Made by a program: the position numbers and the translations under genes
Part shown: piece after piece, positions 9,466 through 21,100 of the stretch
Layout of the letters: each line of letters opens with the position of its first letter
Position numbering within the stretch: position 1 is the stretch's first letter
Assembly: GCA_032718475.1 (NCBI GenBank)
Contig: JAUCBJ010001497.1
Span: forward strand, 1 to 64,000
Length of the DNA stretch: 64,000 nucleotides
DNA from: Nemertoderma westbladi
Lineage: Eukaryota > Animalia > Xenacoelomorpha
Direction of reading: 5' to 3'
Notes under the pieces: generated by a model
Databases searched by the model: none
What the model was told of the DNA's origin: nothing
What the model saw: the letters and a program-made list of their open reading frames with translations, nothing else

Positions 9466-11723
9466 CGCTATGGAGAGCATTATCATAATGTACTATAACA
9501 TATATATTTATTCGCCGTCACCCACCCCACAACAATTCATTTATAATTAATTAACACGCATGGCCGGCATACGGGGTTACAGTGGTTTCTACAACACTGT
9601 ATAATAGTTATTCTTTGAGGCATGGTTGCCATTTCTGGCAGAGCACGGGAATAACGTTGTACTTTACTATGAGTGACGTAAAAAGGCCTAAAAATGATAC
9701 CCCACTCCATAGCGAATAAATCTTCTACCGCCCTGGTAGCTCAGTGGTCTTAGGACACACACTCGGCTGATGATAACCGGAAGTTTGAAACCTAGGTACC
9801 GGGTTCGAGCCCCAATAGGGGCGGTTGATATTTTTCGCTATGGAGAGCATTATCATAATGTACTATAACATATATATTTATTCGCCGTCACCCACCCCAC
9901 AACAATTCATTTATAATTAATTAACACGCATGGCCGGCATACGGGGTTACAGTGGTTTCTACAACACTGTATAATAGTTATTCTTTGAGGCATGGTTGCC
10001 ATTTCTGGCAGAGCACGGGAATAACGTTGTACTTTACTATGAGTGACGTAAAAAGGCCTAAAAATGATACCCCACTCCATAGCGAATAAATCTTCTACCG
10101 CCCTGGTAGCTCAGTGGTCTTAGGACACACACTCGGCTGATGATAACCGGAAGTTTGAAACCTAGGTACCGGGTTCGAGCCCCAATAGGGGCGGTTGATA
10201 TTTTTCGCTATGGAGAGCATTATCATAATGTACTATAACATATATATTTATTCGCCGTCACCCACCCCACAACAATTCATTTATAATTAATTAACACGCA
10301 TGGCCGGCATACGGGGTTACAGTGGTTTCTACAACACTGTATAATAGTTATTCTTTGAGGCATGGTTGCCATTTCTGGCAGAGCACGGGAATAACGTTGT
10401 ACTTTACTATGAGTGACGTAAAAAGGCCTAAAAATGATACCCCACTCCATAGCGAATAAATCTTCTACCGCCCTGGTAGCTCAGTGGTCTTAGGACACAC
10501 ACTCGGCTGATGATAACCGGAAGTTTGAAACCTAGGTACCGGGTTCGAGCCCCAATAGGGGCGGTTGATATTTTTCGCTATGGAGAGCATTATCATAATG
10601 TACTATAACATATATATTTATTCGCCGTCACCCACCCCACAACAATTCATTTATAATTAATTAACACGCATGGCCGGCATACGGGGTTACAGTGGTTTCT
10701 ACAACACTGTATAATAGTTATTCTTTGAGGCATGGTTGTCATTTCTGGCAGAGCACGGGAATAACGATGTACTTTACTATGAGTGACGTAAAAAGGCCTA
10801 AAAATGATACCCCACTCCACAGCGAATAAATCTTCTACCGCCCTGGTAGCTCAGTGGTCTTAGGACACACACTCGGCTGATGATAACCGGAAGTTTGAAA
10901 ACCTAGGTACCGGGTTCGAGCCCCAATAGGGGCGGTTGATATTTTTCGCTATGGAGAGCATTATCATAATGTACTATAACATATATATGCATTGGAACTA
11001 AGTTCGCATCCATTGGAACTAAATTTGCATCAATTGGAACTAAATTCGCATGCATTGGAACTAAATTCGTTTTAGTTTTTCTCTAATTATTGGAACCAAG
11101 TTCAAATTGGAACTAAATTCGCCAAAATTGGAACTAAATTCGTTTCCATTGGAAATAAATTCGCTTGCATTGGAACTAAGTTCGCATCCATTGGAACTAA
11201 ATTCGCTTCCATTGGAACTAAATTCGCTTCCATTGGAACTAAATTCGCTTGCATTGGAACTAAGTTCGCATCCATTGGAACTAAATTCGCATCCATTGGA
11301 ACTAAATTCGCTTGCATTGGAACTAAGTTCGCATCCATTGGAACTAAATTCGCATCAATTGGAACTAAATTCGCATCCATTGGAACTAAATTCGCATCAA
11401 TTGGAACTAAATTCGCATGCATTGGAACTAAATTCGTTTTCGTTTTTCTCTAATTATTGGAACAAAGTTCAAATTGGAACTAAATTCGCCAAAATTGGAA
11501 CTAAATTCGTTTCCATTGGAACTAAATTCGCTTGCATTGGAACTAAGTTCGCATCCATTGGAACTAAATTTGCTTCCATTGGAACTAAATTCGCTTCCAT
11601 TGGAACTAAATTCGCTTGCATTGGAACTAAGTTCGCATCCATTGGAACTAAATTCGCATCCATTGGAACTAAATTCGCTTGCATTGGAACTAAGTTCGCA
11701 TCCATTGGAACTAAATTCGCATC

Positions 11724-14700
11724 TGTACTATCTGATACTGGCGTACCACTGACTGACATACCAGCTACCTGCAAATGGCTGACAATTTTGATAATGTTAA
11801 AGATGATATATTGTCGTTATTCGCAGTAATAAAAACAAAGAAATATGTAACCTGTGACCAAGAGACCCAGCTGAGTGAACTATTAAGCGCTTTGACCTCG
11901 CTACACTCGAGGTCTCGAGATGATTTCACCGCAACTCTGGCAAATCTCGCCGAATCACGGAAAGAAACGGCGGATGCGCGAAAAGAAACTGTGGCCGCAA
12001 AGGACGAGCTCTTGAAGTTCCTGCAACTCGGCCCATCTACCATGGCTACTCCAGGACCCGGACCCGGCAGGTCAACATACAGTGCAGTCGTGCAAAGAAA
12101 CCCGGTTCCAGATCCACACTCACCGCCGTCGAATAACGGACCATACGCCACGGATACGGACCGCAACTTCCGTCGCCCCGCCCCGGCGATACAAGGTTGC
12201 AGAGCTGGTGGTCCACTTCGTGTTGCCAAAGGAAACCCAGTCCAAGCCGTCGGGAAGGCGCATGTTCATATCGGCCGACTAGACCCATCGACAAAAAGCA
12301 AGGAAGTTGCTGACTTTCTTCAATCCCAAGGAATCCCTTTCGACGACGTAACTCCACTACCGCTTAAAGATGGTAACTCACCTTATCTAAGTTTCCATAT
12401 CACATGCGATCAACAACATCGCGACACCCTAATGGACCCTGGATTGTGGGAAACGGGTCTCACAATCCGGAACTACTGACTCACGAACGCCGAACGCGAG
12501 GCACTCAGTCTACGTCGGCGCCCCGAACGCGAATTCGCTGGTGGAACCTCCAGCAGCTCACAGCAATACTCAACAAATACCGGTAACTAGGACAGGAGCA
12601 CGGAGGTACAACTACTTCTATGGAATGTGGAAGGTCTCCGCTATTTAGTAGACAATTTATCTGAATCTGAATTATATGGTAAGGCCAATGTCGTGTTATT
12701 TACTGAAACTATGTACACGGACAAAGCATTTTATTCTAACTCGTATTACTCTTTTACTCACCCTGCGACAAAGTTAAACAGACGGCGCCCTATTGGCGGC
12801 CTTATGACTCTGTGCAGGCCGCACCTCAACCCTTCCTGTGTGAAACAAACAAATAAATACATTGTTATCAAAACCTTGGTATCCTTCTTTATTGTTTTCT
12901 ATTTTACCCCCGAAACCCCACTGGATGAAATACTTATGGAAATAACTGAAGCACTGTCTTATACCAAAAACACAACCCCTATTGTTATAGCGGGAGATTT
13001 TAATTGCAGACTAGACCACGGATCTCGTGGTTCCGATTTAGTTGACGATCTGACCAACATCGGGTTTAGCTGTCTCAGCTCCCCGGATATCCCGACGTAC
13101 ATATCACCGCAAGGTGAAAGTGTAATCGATTTAATATTCGTGAGTTACCCAGCAATTGTTCCTACGTTGCTACCGCCTACAATAATCTTGTCAAATCCCA
13201 TAAGGAAACACCAGCCGGTGACCGTTAAGTTTGTTTTCCCTGCCGATATTCATGATTCAAAATTACCGAACCCCATTCCTCGTCTGTCGAGGCAGATCGA
13301 TCGTAACGCATTTATATCGCACCACAATATTCCAATGGTTAGGCTACTTCTATCTAACAACGAAATAGATGCAGCTACAGACCTACTGACTCTATCAATT
13401 GCAGACTCCACACCATCCACTCGCAAACCCCGCTATGGAAAACCGTGGTATGACTCGGAGTGCAAGACTCTAAAGAAACAGTTAATTCACTGTATGTCTC
13501 GTCGTAATCTCTCGGCAATGGACTGCTCGCAGTTTTGGAATATCCGCAAAAGCTACAAGTCGCTCCTCAAACGGAAACGAGTTGCCTACGAGGAAGCTAC
13601 ACTGGCAGAATTGGTCAGCGACTCCGAAGTTAAACCATGGTTAATCACCAAGGATCACAAACGGACTATTGCACCAATAGACTCAGATACACTCGAGACA
13701 CATTTCCGCAACCTTCTTGGTGTTAGAGTAGATCCCCCCAATGTTCTACCAGTTCCAATCCCTTCGTTGGATGAACTTGAGGGGGAGGAATGGTACAATG
13801 CGCCGATTACGGAAGAGGAAATATCCGCCAGTATAAACGACTCCAAGAATAACAAAGCTTCGGGTGTAGATGGAATATTCTACGATCATCTCAAGTTAAC
13901 CAAACCATTTATAATAACAATTCTCTGTCTATTATACAATGCCTGTCTCGATATCGGTAAACTACCGCAAATCTGGAAACAGTGTATAATAATGATCATC
14001 TATAAAGAAAGGGGCATTCTCAAACCCAGATAATTATCGCGGCATTGCACTCATCTCCGTGTTACTGAAAACTCTCACTTCAATCGTAAACAAACGCGTC
14101 CGATGCTTTACGTCTCACCGGATACCTAGGGAACAATACGGTTTCATGCCAAACAGATCTACATTACAGGCACTAAACGCACTTATATCCGATATCAATT
14201 TGGCTTTGCAATCCAATCTGTCATCACAACGGAAAATGTATGTCGCTTTTGTTGACTTTAGAAAGGCATTCGACTTTGTCAACAGAGCTGTTTTATTAAA
14301 TAAGATATATGGATTCGGGATTAAAGGAAAATTATTTGTTCTGATAAAAGATTTACTCCAAAATTACATTCAGGTGTACGACGGCCTTTGTCTATCGAAC
14401 CTAATCGAGCAACTCCGCGGAATTCTGCAGGGCGACTGCTTCTCTCCTCCATGTTTTAATTTCTTTATCGCCGACCTAGCTATAGCACTACGACAAGGAT
14501 GTGCGATTCTAAAGTTTCTATTTTTTGCTGACGATCTCGCTTTCTACTCTTCCGATAGGAATGAAATACAACGCGGCCTAGACATTCTCCTCGACTGGTG
14601 TACTCGTAACGGAATGGAAGTCAACCTCGACAAAACTAAAATTTTAAAATTCCGCAAAGGGGGTCGTCTCGCTACTACCGACACTTTTAGCTACAATGGA

Positions 14701-15579
14701 AATAGCGTCACCATCTGTAACAATTACGAATACCTAGGACTCACGCTTCAGCCATCACTTTGTTTCTCGCAGCACATTAAAAAAGAAGAAGAAAAAAGTT
14801 TATGCAACAATAGGGTCTATAAAGAATCTCAAGCTATTGTCCGTTGACGCAGGTTTAAAACTATTTAAATTAAAAATTGCACCAATGGCTTTGTATGCTC
14901 TACCCGTCTACTCTCGCTTTCTAACGATATCAAATTTAAAAGATCTAGACAGAATAAAATCGACATACATAAAGCGACTTCTAGGGCTACATATAAGTGC
15001 TTCGTCCACAATGGTGCTACACCTCGTAAACGAAAATTCGCTTATTGACGACATACTTCTAAAAGCTCCAAATCTATTCGCCCGCGACCTGATTGATCAA
15101 TATAATGCATTTCGAACAAATCGCGAACTCAATTTCGTTACTGAGAATTATTTACTCGGTCCTGCGTTCAATTCATTTACCTGGCGACTATCCAATCAGA
15201 AGAACTGTCATGTGGTCACGAGAGCCACGTGTCACGGGTTTCACCACAAAATATGCACGAACTCACAGCCTTTCCACACACTATCAACCGATTGTATTTG
15301 CCGATTTTGCCTTCTTCCCTGCCCAGACCGTTACCACGCCTTCTCTTGCGCCCAATGCCCCACAATGGCTGATCTCGCAACAAAACTCTAACATGCTAGC
15401 CCGCTCAGGCCACACCATAAGTAGTATATTGTCCCACTCGTGCTCCTAAGTAATCAATTAATACCAATGGTGATGGGTAATAATTGCAATTCAATTATAT
15501 TAATGTGCTAATAAATATATAATTAATATAATTGGTTACCTCGTTGGAGGTGTAAAGTGAAAAAAAAAATAAAAAAATA
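11724..15579 (+). mobile_element. Full-length APE-type LINE (CR1/L2 group, possibly Daphne-like): ORF1 plus frameshifted ORF2
   Basis: ORF1 11775-12479 (VHIGRLDP..PGLWETG). ORF2 pieces 12627-14033 (WNVEG, AGDFN, VIDLIF), 14059-14847 (QYGF, FVDFRKAFD, QGD, FADDL) and 14837-15391 (Cys/His-rich C-terminus). AATAAA, A-rich tail, and TSD AAATTCGCATC (11713-11723 / 15580-15590). Confidence 0.93.
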
Positions 15580-16225
15580 AAATTCGCATCAATTGGAACT
15601 AAATTCGTTTTCGTTTTTCTCTAATTATTGGAACCAAGTTCAAATTGGAACTAAATTCGCCAAAATTGGAACTAAATTCGCTTGCATTGGAACTAAATTC
15701 GCTTCCATTGGAACTAAATTCGCTTGCATTGGAACTAAGTTCGCATCCATTGGAACTAAATTCGTTTCCATTGGAACTAAATTCGCTTGCATTGGAACTA
15801 AGTTCGCATTCATTGGAACTAAATTCGCATCCATTGGAACTAAATTCGCTTGCATTGGAACTAAGTTCGCATCCATTGGAACTAAATTCGCATCAATTGG
15901 AACTAAATTCGCATCCATTGGAACTAAATTCGCATCAATTGGAACTAAATTCGCATGCATTGGAACTAAATTCGTTTTCGTTTTTCTCTAATTATTGGAA
16001 CAAAGTTCAAATTGGAACTAAATTCGCCAAAATTGGAACTAAATTCGTTTCCATTGGAACTAAATTCGTTTTCATTGGAACTAAATTCGCATGAGGCTTA
16101 AGTTGGAACTAAGTACGGGGAATCTTACAACATTGGTATATACAGTAGAAAGTGGAGCTTACTCAGAAGGTTTTACAACTTCCTAGAAATTATTTTTCAT
16201 ATATTTATATATTTACTTAAACCAG

Positions 16226-16847
16226 GAGATGATGATTGGACGTTTCTCAAACCAAATAAATTTCTCAGTACTACAATTGTAGACTCATTCCTATCAATCT
16301 TACAGAGGAACCATAATAATGTGGCCTGTATCGACTCGGCTTTCTGCGAGAAGCTACAAAGTCCATCCTTTGATATAGCGAGTGCTATTAGTTATATCAC
16401 CTGCCGTTGTGACGTCACAAAAACACCGCTTATATTATTCCCGGAGTGTAGCAGTGGACACTTTATTCTACATGTTGCTTGCTTAGAAAATCTCAACGTA
16501 TACTCACATTGGACAGTCTATCAACTACAAGAGTCACACCTAATACAACCATAATATGTGATCTGCAAAACCTTATCTTCAAAGTGATTAAAGGGGAAGA
16601 CAACACATGGTCCATTTCCAAGACACTCAGACCGTTCGCAGGGCAAACACCAGATTATGTGGATTGTGGAGCATTTGTGTGCCTTTATGGACTGTCACTA
16701 GCAAGGGGGGATAGATATCTTATCCCTGAACATAAAAATAGTTTTCAACTGCAGGAATGGCTAACTGCATGTCTGTCAGAAATTAAATTAGTTGTCCCAA
16801 TCGCATCGAGTCCATATAAAAAACGCAGGGAATATGTCAACCTTTAG
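16226..16847 (+). pseudogene. Ulp1/SENP-like (C48) cysteine protease domain remnant, frameshifted near 16480
   Basis: Joined frames read LKPNKFLSTTIVDSFL...ILFPECSSGHFILHV...ILTLDSL...GQTPDYVDCGAFVCLY, giving the H-D-Q-C order of Ulp1 catalytic motifs. Confidence 0.8.
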
Positions 16848-18112
16848 CACAACCGATATTGATCTTCGTGCAGCTATCGAAAATCCTCGGAAAATTGCAA
16901 TTAAATTGATATCAACTAACGATAATGGCCAAATGACGCAACTCAGAGATGGTTTATTTGAGGATATTAAAGAACTCTTAACACCCATACAGGTATTAAC
17001 TCTCCATCTGAGACTTAGGAATGCTTCCTTTGAGATGGCTACCGATATTTATGTACTTGCATATTTTAAATTTAATGGAATGGGACAGCTGCCTAAAGAG
17101 ACTGCGTAAGGACAATAATAAAGTGAACACTCCAGTAACCTTGGAATCTTTTAGAATGGAAATGATCAATGCTGTAACCCTACTACAAACTCGACTCTGT
17201 AAGATGGAAAATGAGAATGCCATTATAAATGAACATAACGATAAACTATCTGAGGATCTACAACACGAACGACACGCGCGACTGGTAATAGAAGTCTCAC
17301 TGCAAGAAGTAAAAACAACACTTAGAAGCATATCCCTTAGCCACCGGGCTTGTCATCATAGCAATCCAAACAGCAATAATATCCCCAACAAGTTGTCTGG
17401 GAATATTATAACCAGGGCAAGCAATGACAACAGCAACGATCATTTATTGGAAATCCGATCGGATAGTAACATTGATATGGAAAGCATGGTGGTAATCGAC
17501 TCAGTTGGACCAGACCAGACCAGACCAGTTGGTCCTTGCGTGGAATTTAATAATGGCTTCAATATCATCAACACCTTGAATGCAATGAATACGAACAAGT
17601 ATTCCAAGCAACACTCAAAGAACAAGCAATCAACAATAAAAGTAGGCCTACTAGCAAGGCAAATTATAAAAAGGAGGATGCATCCTACAGTAGGATAACT
17701 AGAAACAATATCTATAGCGTTCTGATTGATGCTGACGACACAACAACTAACGAATCCCCACAACAAAGTGCCTCACCGCAATATCACCATACTATATCAG
17801 CCCCATCGGTCCCAATTGCATCTCAGAAGGCTATACAGACCAACAATTGTAAGATAACACATACCAGCACCCCCCCTAATGGCTAGAGAGCCAAACAATG
17901 CAGGTATTAATATATTAAACAATAATACGTATATGGAATCATCTAGATCTGAGGACGCGTTTCTACAAGGAATCCTTTGAAGAGGATATAGAGGAATACT
18001 TAGCATCAAGAGGGATTCACGCCTATAAAGTCACAACAAGGCTGAATGCCAGGCGAGATGGGAAATACATGAAGGTTATTCTTAAACCAGCGGACAAATA
18101 CAGTCGTATATT

Positions 18113-21100
18113 TGTAGTAGGCCTAGCCTATCAATCTCAGTTCCGATTTTATATCCGATAGCCTCATTGACCCTCCATCTGTAGATAAACCATCTTTTTT
18201 AACAACCTCATGTCACCCAACGGGATTTCTAGGGTCCACCACTGGTCCCAGGCAGACACATCTGCAGACACACTCTCAATCTGCTCCAACAGAACCACAT
18301 CAAGCCAATCTACCCCGTTCCTTATGCGGCCCGTGCAGCAGGCAGTGCCTCACCAAAAGCAACGGTGGCCTCCGTAAACACAAGGCCCTGGATGGCTCCC
18401 ATTGTCCTGGATCCGGTTCTCTACCACTACCCCTTCAGCAGGTGGTCAGCCCCACCTCCAACCAAACTCCTGTCTCAGGGCCTTCCTGCGAGCCACCCAA
18501 CCCAGCCCTGAAACAAAGACCTTGTGAGGCACCCAGGTTCAATTATGCTGCACATTTGACAAACCTGTTCATAACTCTCTCTAAGATTAAAACCCTGACC
18601 GCATCCCGCATGGCGCCTGCACATCCGCCGCATCAGCCTACACCCACCTATGCACTTCTGTGACCCAGGACAATTCTGTAAAAAAATGGATCAACCTACT
18701 CGCCTTCCCCTATTGTCTCCGTGTCCCATCTTGCAATACCCGGATAAGACGCTGTAACAAATCCAACCACCCCAGCCGTGTTGAAAAGTCACTTACCTCT
18801 AAGGTCAAAGACCAAATCTCTGACTACCTCGATCTAGCCCTTGGCACCCCACCCATTGCCCTCCCCACCCCTCCTAGACGATGCCCACTCAAGACGGATT
18901 CCCAAGCAATCCATGATGAGCACTTAGGCAATCTCATATCCTCCAAAATAGAAGAAGGTAATGTCAAGGCCGCCGCCCGCCTGGCCCCCTCGGCCACCTC
19001 TATTGCACCCGCAACTCCCAAAACACTCCAGGCCCTCCTTTCACTTCACCCTCCAGCCGTTCCAGTTGATGTCCTAGATATCCCTCTCATCGAGATCTCC
19101 CTTCCAGAGATCATGAAATCTATCCGATCTTTTCCAAACGGTTCTGCCGCCAGCCCTGACAAACTTCGTCCTCAATTCCTTAAGGACTTTTGCTCCCACC
19201 AATCCAGCGATGCCGCCATGGGAGCTCTGAAAGGCATCACCAGCTTATCCAACCAACTAATCAAAGGATTAGCTCCAGAAGCCATCCTCCCTTTTCTGTA
19301 TGGGGCCCGACTATGTGCCTTTACCAAAGTCAACGGCGGAATCCGTCCCATCGCAGTAGGTTGCACCCTTCGACGTCTATCTGCTAAGACTGGGTGCCAC
19401 CAATCTTCTAAGAACTCCCAACTCAAACTTGCCCCCCACCAACTAGGCCATGGAATACCCCATGGCTGAGAGGCCACTGTTCATGCATCCTGGAGATTTC
19501 TTCAGAAGTCCGTTGAGCCAACCATCATGGTCAAAATTGACTTCAAAAACGCCTTCAACAGCGTTCATCGCGGGCCCATCCTCCATTCAATCCTGCAGAA
19601 CCTTCCACCCCTGTACCCCATCGCTTTCCAGGCTTACTCACAACCCACCCACCTCTTCTATGAGGACACAACCATTTCTTTGGAGGTTGGAGTCCAACAG
19701 GGTGACCCTCTAGGCAACCTTTTCTTCAGCTCTGACACCCACGAAATTGTTGAAAGTGTCGAAACTCCCCTCAATGTCTGGTTCTTAGACGATGGGTCCC
19801 TTGGAGGGACCCCCTCCGTTGTTGCCTCTAACCTTGAATCTGTGATCTCCAAAGCTGCTAATCTCGGCCTCCAGATTAAAGCATCGAAATGTGAGTTGAT
19901 TTTTTCCACCAACTTTCCACCCAATCTGAAACTTGAGACTGGCGCCATATTCGATGCGATCACTCCCAGACTCAAATGTATCGACCTCGTCGATGCCTCC
20001 CTTCTGGGTGCTCCGCTCGGTGAACCAGCTATGGAGTCCATTCTCCAAAACAAAGCATCCAAACTGGTAACTTTCACCAATCGCCTCCAACTGCTTTCCT
20101 CTCATGACGCTTTATACCTGCTCCGCCACTGTTTCGCAATCCCCTAATGTATATCCTGCATTGCTCCCCTTGCTTCCTTGCCCCATCTCTATCCGACTTC
20201 GACTCTTCAATTAGAGCTGCACTTGAGTCAATGCTGAATATTCGGCTCGATGACTCTTCCTGGTCTCAAGCCTCTCTCCCCATCGCTTCAGGTGGGCTTG
20301 GCATGCGTAGCACGAGGGACGTCTCACTGCCGGCCTTCTTGGCCTCTGTCTTCAAGATGCGGTCCCCTGCTTCGTGCCCTTCTGCCCCCCTCTATCTCCA
20401 ACTCGACTAACCCGCCCATCTCAAAGGCCCTATCGCTCCTATCTTCTGGCACCGACACACCTCCCAACCCATCTTTCCAAATGGCCTGGCATGATCCCCT
20501 GTGCTCCAAAACCTATGACTCCCTCCTAGCTTCTGCCAACACCCCAAAGCGAAGGCCCGACTCATATCCTCTAAGGCTAAACACTCAGGTGATTGACTCC
20601 AGGTGCTCCCCATCGCTTCCCTGGGGCTCCGTCTTAGCGACGACCAGGTCCGGATCGGCACAGCCATCTGTCTCGTCGTGCCAGTCTGTGCCGAGCATTC
20701 TTGTCGAGGCTGTGATGCTGTAGTCGACACAAGCGGGACTCATGGTCTCAGCTGCCTCCACAACTATGGTAAATACTCCCGGCACGCTGAGGCCGACGAT
20801 GTGATCCACCGCGCCCTGACATCTGCCAGTATATCATCCACCCTCAAGCCCCACGACCTCTGCAAGGATGGCCGGAAATCAGACGGTATGTCTGTTGCCC
20901 CTTGGCACCAAGGACGTAGCCTCATTTGGGACTTCACCTGCTGGGATACCTTAGCCCAATCCTATCTCCCGATTACATCGATAACCGAAGGAGGTGCTGC
21001 CGCAGCGGCTGAGGCAACCAAAGCTGCAAAATATGCCGACCTGGCTCACAACTATCACTTTGTGACGGTTGCCTCCGAAACCCTCGGCCCAATCGGTGAT

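Larger units (their letters stand above)
9137..10988 (+). repeat. 5 x 370-bp tandem array of tRNA-headed, hammerhead-containing units (retrozyme/Sm-alpha-like)
   Basis: Near-identical units, with the motif ACTCGGCTGATGA at 9391, 9761, 10131, 10501 and 10871; an inverted partial unit lies at 9001-9134. Confidence 0.93.
8885..16092 (+). repeat. 21-bp minisatellite array interrupted by two insertions (9001-10988 and 11724-15579)
   Basis: ATTGGAACTAAATTCGCWTSC units at 8885-9000, 10989-11723 and 15580-16092, with a recurring higher-order block TTTTCGTTTTTCTCTAATTATTGGAAC..AGTTCAAA. Confidence 0.95.

Noticed and set aside
6866-16094. LELNSHP / IGTKFAS / ANLVPM repeat ORFs as leucine-rich-repeat or antifreeze proteins
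   Set aside because: They are translations of a 21-bp minisatellite that is open in several frames on both strands and is interrupted by retroelements.
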